Assembly (NCBI RefSeq): GCF_004010195.1
Contig: NC_057710.1
Span: 90,664,171 to 90,726,387, forward strand
Direction of reading: 5' to 3'
Origin: Chiloscyllium plagiosum
Taxonomy: Eukaryota
Length of the DNA stretch: 62,217 bases
The notes under the pieces: model-generated
What the model was told of the DNA's origin: nothing
The model's input: the letters and a program-made list of their open reading frames with translations, nothing else
Databases searched by the model: none
Shown: positions 1 to 12,618 of the stretch, one piece after another
Numbering within the stretch: position 1 is the stretch's first letter
Layout: the number at the start of each line of letters is the position of its first letter
Translations under genes and position numbers: made by a program

Positions 1-93
1 CTTCTATGCTGACTCTGCTTAATTATGCTCTGTATTCCTAAATGCTCTGCAACTACATATTTTATAACAGACTAACATTTTCACAGATGAACA

Positions 94-425
94 GGGCGGC
101 ACTGTTGCCTCACAGTGCCAGGGACCCAGGTTCGATTCCAACCTCAGGCGACTGCCTGTGTGGAGTTTGCATATTCTCCCAGTGTCTGCATGGGTTTTCT
201 CCAGGTGTTCTGGTTTCGTCACACAATCCAAAGAATGTGCAGGTGAGGTGAATTGGCCATGCTAAATTTCCCATAGCATTCAGGGATGTTAGATTAGGTG
301 CATTAGTCAGGGGTAAGTGTAAGAAAGTGGGGTAGGGGAATGGGTCTGGGAGGGTTACTGTTCGAGGGTTGGTGTGGACTTATTGGACCGAAGGGCCTGC
401 TTCCATAGTGTAGGGATTCTATGAT
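94..425 (+). mobile_element. HE1-type shark SINE, degraded
   Basis: GGGCGGCAC start, B box GGTTCGATTCC, V-SINE core GTGTGGAGTTTGCA...GGGTTT, CR1-like tail GAAGGGCCTG. A box is deleted. Confidence 0.85.
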
Positions 426-429
426 AAAC

Positions 430-770
430 TGACTCAATTGAAGTTTTTAAGATTCTGAATGGTTTTGAGTAAGTGGACGTAGAATGAAAGTTTCCTCTTG
501 TGGGACAGTCCAGAAATACAGGACACTTTTACAGAACCAGAGGATGCTCTTTCAGGATGGAGATGAGAAGGATCTTTTTCTCTCTGAAGGCTGTCAATCT
601 CTGGAATTCTTTGCTTCAGAAGGCAGTAAAATTGAGGTTGTTGAATACGTTTAAGCCAGAGATGGATATCTTTTTGTTAGGCAGGGAATCAAAGGCGATT
701 GGGGGAAGATAGGAACAGACAATTCAAAACAGAAACTCATCAGCTATGAAGGCTGATCTCTATTCCTTCT
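430..770 (+). mobile_element. CR1 LINE 3' fragment
   Basis: ORF 500-712 resembles the CR1 ORF2 C-terminus (RRIFFSxxxVNLWNSL...FKxxMD). Confidence 0.75.
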
Positions 771-1159
771 TTATATGTTTTTATTGCTATGTGATATTTG
801 CAACTGTGAAAATAATCTACTGAGCTTGAGCTTTAACACTAGCTTTCATAATTCTAGTACTTTTCCAGATTAAATAAAAAGAATAGATTTTTAAAGCTTT
901 ATATTTGGTTCAATTTTTCAAACATAAACATGTGTGCTTAAGTGAGAAAAGAAACATACTGATCATACGTCTGTTGCAGCTTTTGTGGCCTATAAATTTG
1001 GGAAAAATGTATTAAACTGAGAAAGATGGACTACAAGTGAGAAGTGGTAAGTGAGAGGTTTCAATGACCATCTGTTGTATCAAAGTTAGGAAAATAAAAT
1101 GGAGACATTAATTATAAGACCTTATAATTAAAAGGAACAACACAAAGTGGCATACTCAC

Positions 1160-1392
1160 AATTGAGGTGCTGAATGCTACTTGACGTGAATGTGCAATTT
1201 TTTCATGTTCATCATCCTCATATACATCTTTCTTAGTCAATGTTGAGCCTTTAGAAGTCAAGCAATTTAATGAGCTATGGCTTCCCACTATTGGTAGGGA
1301 TCTGCAGCTGTTCGAATGGTGACAAATAGGTTCCATAGAAGTGTTACAGCAATCTTCAGAATTAAAATTCTGATAAAACTCCAGCCTTTTTG
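1160..1392 (-). CDS. ATP10D: ATP10D exon, variable N-domain insert (AKRLEFYQ...HSRQVAFSTSI); gene continues beyond position 1
   Basis: 233 nt, CCAATAG| acceptor, ATT|GTGAGT donor. Ends (AxRLExYQ, HSRQxAFSxxI) are conserved with ATP10D; the middle is divergent. Confidence 0.9.
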
Positions 1393-2869
1393 CTATTGGA
1401 CAGGTGAAAGACAAACATCAATATGAATATAAAGGATTGAAGTGGATTGATTTAAACATTCTAGTGTTCTCTTCTGACAAATAACACTGATCAAAAATCT
1501 CAGTACATTTCAAACATTCTTTACAAATATCCTGTTTAAACGTTACAGAAGACATGATGCACAAAATTGGTTTTAAACACATGTTCGGTGTATATGAGCA
1601 CAAAATGACTCTTTTCTGTTAAGATCAATGATGAGACCATTAAATTGTTATGATTTTGTTGGGGATCAATAATTTTCCTTATGTTTAAAGCAGAGAAAGT
1701 TTGAGATCTTATGTACTTAGTAAGGGAATAAAGCCACACAAGACTCCATTGTTTTGAACTATACTTTTCTGTGCAAAGTTAGAATATAAAACAATTAAAT
1801 CCGTACATCTTGCCGAAACTGACATGAGGCAAGAGTAAATTAACAGACAAACTGTGATTCATCAGCCCACAAAGCATATCAAACAGAATATGTCGTTCAG
1901 ACAGATTCCAGGAATTTCTCATCAACAACTATCAGCCTGACATTACAAGACATCAAAACTCATTATAACTTTGCCTCCTTCACAAGGAATGTCAGTTCTT
2001 AACTTTCAAAGATCTAGCTTTCATTCTTCCTTAAAACCTGCAGTCACGCATGGACTGCCTCAATGGCTGTTCAAATCCTGATAATTTAATCTCTTGCCCC
2101 AATACTGGGTTCCACTGGACTTCTATCTACACTTTAGTACCTATTCATGAGCACAATTCCAGATTTTGCCTAGTTTCACTATGTGGTAGTGCCCCTGGGT
2201 TTCTTGGAGATCTAGTATTTCTCAGTGGAGATCTGGGTGGAATGCATTTTGGAGGGTCAATGCAGACTTGACGGGACTAATGGCCTGCTTCCACACTGGA
2301 GGGATTCCAAGATTATTACTATTTCCTGGAACGGCTTCTCTTAACACATAAGTCAGCGTTCAAGTCAATAGTCCTAACTAGTACATATGAAGAGGAAGTA
2401 TTCACTGACAAACAAAATAAAACACCAAAATTTAACACAAGTTTCTCATTTTAGAAGGAAACTGGCATCAAAAAGTAATATTTTTATATAATTTAAGAAA
2501 ATCTATAAATTTGTTATCTAAATCCCACTCCATTAAATAGAATAGTACAAAATTATAAAGTAAACTAAGTTTAATTAAATGAACCTCATCTTTACTGGAA
2601 AAAGGAACAAGAATTACACTTCTAATAACACTTTTGATGACCTTCAGATGCTTCACAATCAATGAAAATGTTTTCAACATTGATCGCTGAGTGGGTTGAG
2701 GTTGAGAAATAAATATGCCAAATCATCTTGGTTGGTGTATCCATGAACTGACTGGATGACATCAGACAGTGAGGTAGTCCATGTGATTATTTAAAGTACT
2801 TTCAAAATCTAGCAAAATTGTAAATTTTGTAAATGAAACTTCTAAATTGTAAACAAAATAGAAACATAC

Positions 2870-3122
2870 CATTTTCTTCATGAAAATACTCAATCCCAGC
2901 AATGTTGCACCTGCTGAAAACCATTTTGTTCTCTGTAAGTGTTCCAGTTTTATCTGAAAATAGGTATTCAATCTGCCCCAGGTCTTCAGTGATGTTCAAC
3001 GCCCGACATTGAATGGTAGAATCTGTATTTTCATCATACAAGTCAATGTCACTCTGGAGGAGAAGTACTTGGCCCAACTTGACAATTTCAATGGACACGT
3101 ACAACGAAATTGGGATCAACAC
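2870..3122 (-). CDS. ATP10D: ATP10D exon, TM4 PISL and phosphorylation site ([18 protein letters not shown]...[16 protein letters not shown]...HEEN)
   Basis: 253 nt, TTTTTAAG| acceptor, G|GTATG donor. PISL and DKTGT motifs intact. Confidence 0.98.
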
Positions 3123-3789
3123 CTTAAAAATAAAATGCCAGGATGGCATAGGTTTAAGTTTGAATATTTGATGTTATTGATATCACTATTTTCAGAGCAC
3201 ATAAAATAGACTGTAAAAATCACACCTAGTATCTTTGTGAATATAATTCTTACAGAAAATCAAGCATCTTACATTTCAAAAATCTTCCTTTCAGAACCTC
3301 CATCTTTCAATTAAAAGCTGGTTAACCACCTCCTACACTGTTCAGCTAATGCAACTGTAGCAAACTCACTGAATGATTTTCCTAGTCTCTGTGAGGTATG
3401 CTTTCCTTTTCATACCACACAATTCGGCCCTTATTTTTGTACTGGGTCTCTGTAAAGCATCTGAAATTCAGTTCATTCTACACCCGGCTTTTCTATATAG
3501 CCTGTAATTTGTTTCACATTATCACATTTTCTTTTGAAGATCCCAAATGACCCTGTCTCCACCACACTTGCAGGTAATGTATTTCACTTCCTAGCCATTC
3601 TGTAAAAAAAGAATTTCTGTGTGTCACCATTGCTTCTTTTGCCAATTATCTTAAATCAATATCTTATAGTGCACAATGTCAATGGGGACAAATTACTCCC
3701 TGTGCATGATATGTCGATCTCTCATGATTTTGAACACCTTCACTAAATTCCCTCAACTTTAACTTCTCAAAAGGTAAATAATTCCTGAG

Positions 3790-4250
3790 TGATGGTCAAT
3801 GAATATTTTTCAGGCTGGAGTAAGGTTTGTATTAGAGTTCCCCACAGGTCTGTAATTGGGACCCTTGTCTTTCCCTGATATAGATCAATGATCTGGATCT
3901 TGGTGTTCAGGGGACAATTTCCAAGTTTGCAGATGACATTAAACTTGGAAGAATTATAAACTCTGAAGAGGACGATGTACAATTGCACAATTCAAAAAGG
4001 GGTGCAGGAGCAAAGGTACCTGGGTATACAGATCTTTTAGGGTGTCAGAACAGGTGGAGAGAACAGTTAATAAAGCATGCAGTGTTCTTGGCTTTATCAG
4101 TAGGGACATAAAGTACACAGCAAGGAGATGAGGTGAACGTGTACAAAACATTTGTTAGAACTCAGTTGGAGCACTGTGCACAATTATGCACTGGAGAGAG
4201 TGCAGAAGAATGGTTTCAGGAATGAGAAATTTCAATTTTGAGGACAGATT
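3790..4250 (+). mobile_element. Old CR1 RT fragment, resumes at ~7385-7775
   Basis: Degenerate GVPQGSVLGP / ISKFADD-coding sequence. Continues after the minus-strand insertions as GGATTGTTCTCCTTGGA. Confidence 0.7.
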
Positions 4251-4254
4251 GAAG

Positions 4255-4612
4255 TACAGAGTTATACAGTACAGAAGATGTCCTTTGGCCCATCGACTCT
4301 ACACCAATCAAAAAAAACCTACTGTAACTCTACACAACTTCCACTTACCAGCACTTGGTCCATAACACTGAATATTGTGGCAATTCAAGTGCTTATCCAA
4401 GTACTTTTTAAAGATTGAGAGATTTCTCACTTTAATTATCTTCCCAAGCGGTGCATTAAAAATTTTCTGCACCTTCTGGGTGAAAAAGCTTTCCTCAAAA
4501 CCCCTCTAAACCTCCTGACTTTAAGCTTAAAATTGTGGTCCCTTATTATGGACTCTTCAACTAAGAGGAACAGGTGCTTTCTATCTACCTTACCCATGTG
4601 CCTCATACTTTT
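4255..4612 (-). mobile_element. CR1 LINE 3' end (second subfamily)
   Basis: Parallel homology to the adjacent CR1 3' end at 4614-5040. Confidence 0.7.
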
Positions 4613-4613
4613 A

Positions 4614-7375
4614 TAGAGTCATGGAGATGGACAGCATGGAAACAGACCCTTTGGTCCAACGTGTCCATGCCAACCAGCCATCCTGACCTGATCTAGTCAC
4701 ATTTGCCAGCACTTGGCCCATATCCTTCTAAACACTTCCTATTCATATACAAATGCCTTTTAAATGTTGTAATTGTACCAGTCTCCACCACTTCCTCTGG
4801 CAGCTCATTCCATATATGCACCACCCTCTGTGTGAAAAAGATGCCCCTTAGGTCCCTTTTATATCTTTCCCCTCTCACCCTAAAGCTATGCACTCTAGTG
4901 CTGGACTCCCTCACCCCAGGGAAAATACCTTGTCTATTTATTCTATCCATGTCCCTCATGATTTTATAAACCTCTGTATGGTCACCCCTCAGCCTTCGAC
5001 ACTCCAGGGAAACCAGCACCAGCCTATTCAGCCACTCCCTAAAGATTAGATTACATTACAGTGTGGAAACAGGCCCTTCGGCCCAATAAGTCCACACTGA
5101 CCCGCCGAAGCGCAACCTACCTATACCCCTACATTTACCCCTTACCTAGCACTACGGGCAATTTGGCATGGCCAATTCACCTGACCTGCACATCTTTGGA
5201 CTGTGGGAGGAAACCGGAGCACCAGGAGGAAACCCACGCAGACACGGGGAGAACGTGCAAACTCCACACAGTCAGTCGCCTGAGGCGGGAATTGAACCCG
5301 GGTCTCCGGCGCTGTGAGGCAGCAGTGCTAACCACTGTGCCACCGTGCCGCCCATAAAGCTCAAATCCTCCAACCCTGGCAACATCCTTCAACCCTGGCA
5401 ACATCCTTGTAAATCTTATCTGAACCCTTTCAAGTTTCACAACATCCTTCTGATAGGAAGGAGACCAAATTGCACACAATATTCCTAAAGTGGCCGAACC
5501 AATGTCCTGTACAGCCGCAACATGACCTCCCAACTCCTATACTCAATACTCTGATGAATAAAGGAAAGCATACCAAATGCCTTTTTCACTATCCTATCTA
5601 CCTGTGACACTACTTTCAAGGAACTATGAACCTGCACTCCAAGGTCTCTTTGTTCAGCAACATTCCTGAGGACCTTGCCATTAAGTGTATAAATGCTGAT
5701 CTGATTTGCTTTTCCAAAATACAGCACCTCACATTTATCTAAATTAAACTCCATTTGCCACTCTTCTGCCCATTGGGCCATCTGATCAAGATCCTATTGT
5801 ACTTTGAGGTAATCTTCTTTGCTGTCCATCACACCTCCAATTTTGGTGTCAACTGCAAATTTACTAACAATACCTCCGATGTTCACTTCCAAATCATTTA
5901 TATAGATAACAAAAAGCAGTCGATCCAGCATGATCCTTGTGGCACACCACTGGTCACAGGCCTCCAGTCTGAAAAATAACCTTCCACCACCACCCTCTGT
6001 CTTCTACCATTGTGCCAGTTCTGTATCCAAATGGCTAGTTTCTCCTGTATTCCAGGAGATCTAACCTTGCTAACCAGTCTCCCACGGGGAACCTTGTTGC
6101 AAGCTTTATTGAAGTCTATATAGATCATATCCACTGCTGTGCCCTCATCCACCCTCTTTGTTGATTCTTCAAAAAACTCAATCAAGTTTGAGAGACATGA
6201 TTTCCCACGCACAAAGCCATGTTGACTTTCTCAAATCAGGGATAGTTTTGCCTTTGCAAATACAAGTAAATCCTATCCCTCAGAATTCCCTCCAACAACT
6301 TGCCCACCACCGACGTCAGGCTCACTGGTCTATCATTCCCTGGCTTGTCCTTACCACCTTTCTTAAACAGTGGCATCACGTTTGCCAACCTTCTGTCTTC
6401 TAGCACCTCACCTCTGACCATCGAGGATACTAATATCTCAACAAGAGGCCCACCAATCACTTCCCTAGCTTCCCACAGAGTTCTTTGGTACACCTGATCA
6501 GGGCCTGGGGATTTATCCACTTTTATGCGTTTCAAGATATCCAGCACTTCCTCCTCTGTAGTAAGGACATTTTCCAAGATGTCACCATCTATTTCCCGAC
6601 ATTCAATACCTTCCATGTCCTTCTCCACAGTAAACACTGATGCAAAATACTCGTATAACATCTTCCCCCATCTCCTGCGGCTCTACACATAGGCTGCCTT
6701 ATTCATCTTTGAGGGGCCCTATTCTCTACTTAGCTACCCTTTTGTCCTTAATGTATTTATAAAATCCCTTTGGATTGTCCTTAACCCTATTTGCCAAAGC
6801 TTTCATGACCCTTTTTGCCCTCCTGACTTCCCTCTTAAATGTACTCCTACTGCCTTTATACTCTTCTAAGGATTCACTCGATATCTCCTGTCTATACCTG
6901 ACATATGCTTCCTTCTTTTTCTTAACCAATACCTCAATTTCTCAAGTCATCCAGCATTCACTACATCTACCAGCCTTTCCTTTCACCCTAACTGGAATAC
7001 CCTGTATCTGGACTCTCGTTATCCCATTTTGAAGGCTTCCCATTTTCCAGCTGTCCCCAATCAGCTTTTGAAAGTTCTTGCCTAATACTGTCAAAATTAG
7101 CCTTCCTCCAATTTAGAACTTCAACTTTTAGATCTGGTCTATCCTTTTTAAAAACTAATAAAATTATGGTCACTGCCCCCAAAGTGCTTCCCCATTGACA
7201 CCTCAGTCACCTGCCCTGTCTGATTTCCCAAGAGTAGGTCAAGTTTTGCATCTTCCCTATTAGGTACATCCACATTACTAAATCAGAAAATTTTCTTGTA
7301 CGCACTTAAATTCCTCTCCAACTAAACCCTTAACACTACGGCAGTCCCAGTCAATGTGTGTAAAGTCAAAATGCA
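4614..7375 (-). mobile_element. 5'-truncated CR1/HER1-type LINE, broken ORF2 (RT), interrupted by a SINE
   Basis: ORF pieces KSPGPD...ANVMPLFKKG..RPVSLTSVVGKLLE, SCLSNL..DFNKA..SGVPQGS, WAEEWQMEFNxDKC, RDLGV, FFTQRVVHIWNELP. Has stops, frameshifts and a 19-bp tandem duplication (5371-5389/5390-5408). Confidence 0.95.
5045..5353 (-). mobile_element. Full-length young HE1-type SINE
   Basis: A box TGGCACAGTGG, B box GGTTCAATTCC, TAATG/TAATC tail. Possible TSD TAAAG at 5040-5044 and 5355-5359. Confidence 0.95.
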
Positions 7376-8486
7376 ACGAAATCAAAGTATTTGGGATTGT
7401 TCTCCTTGGATAGGAGACAGTTGAAAGGAGAGTTGATAGGTGATTTCAAACTTATGAATGAGCTGGGTACAGTAGATAGGGAGAAGCTGTTACAACTTGT
7501 AGAATAAAAAGAACATTGCCACATAGATATAAAGTAATGTGCAAATGAAGCAAGGATGGAGAAAAAAATGCACAGTGAGTAGTTAGTGTAGCGCTGCCTG
7601 GAAATGTAGTGGATGCAGATTCAATTGAGGGTTTCAACAGGGTAATTATTAATCACTTAGATAAAAATTGCATGCAGGGATATGGGGAAAAGGCAAGAAA
7701 TTTATACGAGGTAATAAAACAGGTAAAAGGAATAATGGGCAAAATGGTTTCCTCCTGGGTCGTAACAATTCTGTGGTTTCTCCAATTCATTCGTCATTCT
7801 GAAACTACTTTCATGAATCTTTTCTGTACTCTCTCAACATCCTTCCAAAATTATGCCATCCAGAATGGACATAACGTTCTAGAAAAGCCAAATCAATGTG
7901 TTATATAGGATTACAAAAGTTTCTTTTGTACTTTACGTCCCTACTAATAAATCCTAATCTTTGACTTTTTATTCACCATTTCCTCAACCTGCTCTTCCAG
8001 ATTCAATGGTTTGTGCATTTGCTCTTGCACCTGTTTAGACCTGCACTTTTTATTTTATAATGTATTTTTATTTTCTACTGAAATAAATCACTTCACATGC
8101 ATCTACATTCAAAATGACACCTCTAAAATGTTTGCCATTCCACCCTCTTGAAATTTCACACTAGCCATCTCAGTACATAATTTTTTCAAGTTTTCTGTCA
8201 TCTGCAAATTCTGAAACTATCCAATATATCCAAGTCTAGGTCTCATAATGCACAGAGAAAAACAACATCAATGCCAGAAAACCCAACTCTATATCTTCTT
8301 CCAGTCCAAAAAAATACTCACAATGACTCGACGCTTATTACTTGGTCAACTTCATATCCACGCCTCCCCTGTCTTTATAGCATAACGCTATAAATTAAAA
8401 TTTTTGTGCTTATGAAGTGCCCAAACTTCCAGTAGGGTCAGATTTAGACCTGCAACATCATACATTATTTGTACAGCCCCCCTTAC

Positions 8487-8614
8487 CTGAAGTAAAATAA
8501 TCATGGTCCAGAACATGTAGAATGCTGCCAAAGCTGAAGGGGTATGTTCTCCATCTGGCTGAGGGACATTAAAAATAGGAAATTGCGAATAGCTACTTAA
8601 CCAAATTCCATGAC
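8487..8614 (-). CDS. ATP10D: ATP10D exon, TM3-4 loop and TM4 start (GHGIWLSSYSQFPIFNVPQPDGEHTPSALAAFYMFWTMIILLQ)
   Basis: 128 nt, not in the ORF track. GATTAG| acceptor, CAG|GTAAGG donor. FYMFWTMIILLQ matches ATP10D. Confidence 0.96.
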
Positions 8615-9303
8615 CTAATCATAAAATAAAAGTAATTAAGGTTAGACTTTTAAGATATTAAATTGCATTATTCACAATATTTCTTTTGAAAACCGCACAC
8701 AATGAAAAGGTTTTTGATGACATCATTGCAATCTTCTGATCAATAAGATGTAGGAATTGCGCATCTCGTAATAGCCCGGAATATCCTGGAACAGGACAGA
8801 AAAGTCTACCAAGATCAAAGGTAAATCAATTACATATATGATTTCATAGGTAACAGGAAAAGCAGCCCAATCTGATGAGCAGTAATAGAAATTTGAATTA
8901 AGTAACCATGATGAAAAACTTTCTCAAAGATTAGTTAACAGGCTTATGCAATTCACATTATTTATGACACAATTCACAAAAGGTATTGCATTCTAGGCTT
9001 GTAGACAATATCTAGTTATCAAAGAAAGGAGGACACTTGCAGGATGAGAAAGGTAGCTTTGTCAAACTTCTGTAGGTAAGTGTTGAGAACTACAAAATGG
9101 CAAATACACATGCTAAATGACAAAGACGTATATTGTTAAATAAGGTTTAGCAGAAAAAACAAATTCAAGTATGCTAACTGACCATACACTGAAATGTACA
9201 ATGTTATGTGATAGCAACTGCCACTGTAGAATGTAATCGTGTGTGAATAGAATTTAGGTCAATGGTAATTAGAAGGGTACCACATTTAAACCAGTAAAAT
9301 TAA

Positions 9304-9402
9304 GGGGCTGTTGTGGTGCACTGGTAGTATACGTACCCCTGGATCAAGAGATCCAGGTTCAAGTTCCATCTGCTCCCATCTCTGAGCAGGTTGATTAGAA
9401 AA
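9304..9402 (+). mobile_element. Short tRNA-derived SINE (second family; minus-strand copies near 12250-12345, 12625-12755, 57490-57680)
   Basis: TGGTGCACTGGTAG A box, GGTTCAAGTTCC B box, shared tail CTGAGCAGGTTGATT. Confidence 0.65.
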
Positions 9403-9427
9403 ATTGATTAAACGAGTAAAAAAAAAA

Positions 9428-9742
9428 GGACGGCACGGTGGCTCAGTGGTTAGCACTGCAGCCTCGCAGCACTAGGATCCCAGGTTCGATTCCAGCCTCA
9501 GGTGACTGTCTGTGTGGAGTTTGCACATGCTCCGCGTGTCTGCATGGGTTTCCTCCGGGTGCTCCGGTTTCCTCCCACAGTCCAAAGATGTGCAGGTCAG
9601 GTGAATTGGCCATACTAAATTGCCCATAGTGTTAAGTAAGGGGTAAATATAGGGGTATGGGTGGGTTGCGCATCGGTGTGGACTTGTTGGGCCGAAGGGC
9701 CTGTTTCTACACTGTAATGTAATGTAATGTAATCTAATCTAA
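9428..9742 (+). mobile_element. Full-length HE1-type SINE
   Basis: A and B boxes, V-SINE core and (TAATG)n(TAATC)n tail. Confidence 0.95.
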
Positions 9743-9825
9743 ATCTATTCTGTCAATAGGTGAATCAGAGATAGAAGTGGACTAAAAAGCAGCAATAATA
9801 CATTTTAATGCAATTAAGAGAATAA

Positions 9826-10245
9826 AATACACATTTTGGCAAAGATTTTCATTTTATACTCATCAGAACAATTCACAAATATATCATTCGAGAGTAAAAA
9901 CAACTTTTATATTGAGTGAATAGAGAATGTTGATTAGTTGGGAAGTGAACTGCAATTGGGAGGGGAGTTGCCATGGAGAATGTACCAATTCATGCTGATT
10001 GACAGTTAACAGCAAGCTTTATGTTTTAAACTAGTTGACTGTCATTGGTCATGGCACTGCCCTGAGAAATGAACCAATGAATGATTGTCACCTACTTAAG
10101 ATGAACAGGCGCAGTGCACATATGTATTACTTCTATCTCTAAACCAGTGCTCTTTCAAATTGTCCTGAAGAGCGCAAGATGAAAAACTTAAACAAAATGT
10201 GTCTGCCTTTCAGCAATAATCAAGTTCTGTACTACCAAATAACTA
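9826..10245. mobile_element. Non-coding element with ~45-bp inverted ends carrying degenerate hammerhead cores (probable non-autonomous PLE)
   Basis: Reverse complement of 9828-9873 (AATTGTTCTGATGAGTATAAAATGAAAATCTTTGCCAAAATGTGT) aligns with 10158-10202 (AATTGTCCTGAAGAGCGCAAGATGAAAAACTTAAACAAAATGTGT). Confidence 0.6.
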
Positions 10246-10329
10246 TAATTAAGAACATTAAAGTGGCACAGTGAAAAAGAATGTTGCGCTAAATAAAGAC
10301 AAAAGTTAAAATTATGTGCCTGCAAACTG

Positions 10330-10710
10330 ACTGCAGTTGTAACATCACTGAACTAGTGATCCAGAACCCAAGATTAATGTTCTGGGGATATATTTTAAAA
10401 TCCCACGATGGCAGGTTGTGAAATTTGAATGCAGTACAAGTCTGGAATAAAAAGCTAACCTAATGATGACCACGTTAATCACTGTTATCCTCATAAAAAT
10501 CCAACTAGTTCACTAATTCCGTGCTCCAAGGAAGGAAGACTGTTGCCTTTACCCAATCTGGCTTACATGTGACTCCAGACCCACAACAATGTGGCTAACT
10601 CTTGACTGTCCTCAGAAATGATCTAGGAATTCACTCAGGTCCACTGCAATTAGGGAAGAATAATAAATACTTGCTTAGCCAGTGATGCTCACATCCTTTG
10701 CACAATATTT
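10330..10710 (+). mobile_element. Ancient SINE, SacSINE1/DeuSINE-like (minus-strand pieces near 12340-12450, 29520-29645, 39160-39770, 50480-50600, 52110-52350)
   Basis: Recurrent core TACATGTGACTCCAGACCCACAACAATGTG and tail GCAATTAGGGA..AATAAAT..GCCAGTGATGCTCACATCC. Family name is from recall. Confidence 0.65.
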
Positions 10711-11350
10711 TTAAAAAAATTAAGTTGTTAACTCAAAAAACAGAAACTTAGTACAAAAGGTCTTGAGATGCATTCTTGCTTAATCCTGAGTCAGGTTTCA
10801 AAACTATAACAGAACCATTAGCAAGACTGTCAAATTCTACTTACACAACATTACCACCCACATTCACTCAGTGAGTTGCTCATTCTGAGAAGTGACATAA
10901 ACATGCTGGGCTAAATGACCCCCTCCAGCACTATGACAATTTTGTTAATTAGTCTTAACTCACTCCCATGATTGTTTTGATGTAAGTTACAACTTATATA
11001 TAATCTCTCAACTTGACTGGCTCCCCATCTGAATAGCACATCAATTGAAAATGAATTTTCTCTCTTTTCAAATACAAAGGGAATCTCTTAGCCCACGTCT
11101 AAAATATATGTTTAGCAATACTTACATTTTAGTTTAAGAAAAACATGGATTTGTCTAAGGGACAACTAGCACTGTTCAAACCACGGCATAAACTAATTAA
11201 ATAGTTACAGTGAATTAGCACTTCACACTTCAAAAAAGATATTTTTTCCATACTGATAAGATAATTATTGTGCAATTTCTTTCAAAGGGAGGTATGCTTG
11301 TCCTAATGCAGTCACACTAGACATCTTTCTTCCACATTTTGGCCACTTAC

Positions 11351-11482
11351 CAAATGCTCCAATTAGACTCATCATGAATAGTAGGACCACACACCAAAGA
11401 ACATCTGTATTAAGCTTCCTTTCAAGTTTGCTGCGCTTGTAGCGAGGGCCACTGTTATTCATCATTGCTTTGGTTTCATGTC
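11351..11482 (-). CDS. ATP10D: ATP10D exon, TM3 ([44 protein letters not shown])
   Basis: 132 nt, CCAG| acceptor, G|GTAAGT donor, phase 1-1. GHETK and [10 protein letters not shown] motifs. Confidence 0.97.
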
Positions 11483-11710
11483 CTGGTTTAGAAATAAATA
11501 ATGAATGATCACCGGCAAATCCAATGTTACTGTTAAATTAAACTGGGACTGTGTATTCTCCTTAATTAATAGAACTAAACAATATAAAACAGCAATAATA
11601 ATGAGAAACTGGGCTCCTTTAACCAACTAGACTATTCAGTTTCCAAAGCTGCACTAGCAGCCATATGTTTACATTGTCACCAGCTCATAAAACCTTTCAC
11701 ACTATGGTTA

Positions 11711-12123
11711 TACCATATATATTCTAGTAATAGTTAATTTTTTTACTACTTTTTAAGGTTAAACTTATGGGGTTGACCATTACATGGATACTACATTTGA
11801 AGGGTTGAAAGTTATGCCTGTCAAAATTCATACCATAGCATTAGAAGCCCAATTGATCTCTGAATGAATCAAGAAAAAAAAGATGAATTATGGTAATTCT
11901 GAAAACCCAGAATGGAACTTAACAGCCAGCAGACTGGAAGACCGGGAGCGGAACAATCACCAGATTGAAAGCTGGAGTGGGACATGACGGCCGGCATACT
12001 GACTAATCAATGTTGATCTGTTATCTGTCAAGAACTAGGGTCGACTTTTACACAAGATATATGGAAAATTCCAGGTTATTTGGCCAAAAGTACTGGGTCG
12101 ACTATTATTTGAGTATATACAGC
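11711..12123. mobile_element. Tc1/mariner-pogo-type MITE
   Basis: Imperfect TIRs TACCATATATATTCTAGTAATAGT / ACTATTATTTGAGTATATACAG. Second copy at 18578-18910. Confidence 0.7.
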
Positions 12124-12509
12124 AATTTCTGAGATCACATTGATTTCACTTTTAATTTTTGAACTTCCATCCGAATAAGAATACTATAGATAAAGAGAAA
12201 GTGTTTGCCATTTCTGAAACTAACATCAAACACAGTATCTATTGATACTTTCAATCAAATTGTTCAGATGTGTTATGACACACTTCTTGAACAAGTGGAA
12301 CATATGGCTCAGAGATAGGGACACTATTACTGTGCCACACTACCCCCAATGATTTGAATTTAAATTCCACCTGCTGCAGTGGTGACATGAACCCACGTCT
12401 CCAGAGCATCAGCCTTGGGCTTCTGGATTACTGGCCTAGTGACATTACTACGACACCACTGTTTCTCCTAAGACAACAAGTGTACCTGAATCTGTAGATA
12501 TTTTTATCA

Positions 12510-12618
12510 GGTAAATTCTTGGTCTATTCCTGATGAAGGGCTTTTGCCCGAAACGTCGATTTTCCTGCTCCTCGGATGCTGCCTGACCTGCTGTGCTTTT
12601 CCAGCACCACTCTAACCC
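12510..12618 (+). mobile_element. 109-bp PLE-derived insertion containing a minimal hammerhead ribozyme motif
   Basis: CTGATGA-A-GGGC-TTTT-GCCC-GAAA-CGTC at 12530-12557. Flanked by the perfect 14-bp direct repeat AGATATTTTTATCA (12496-12509, 12619-12632). Confidence 0.85.
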
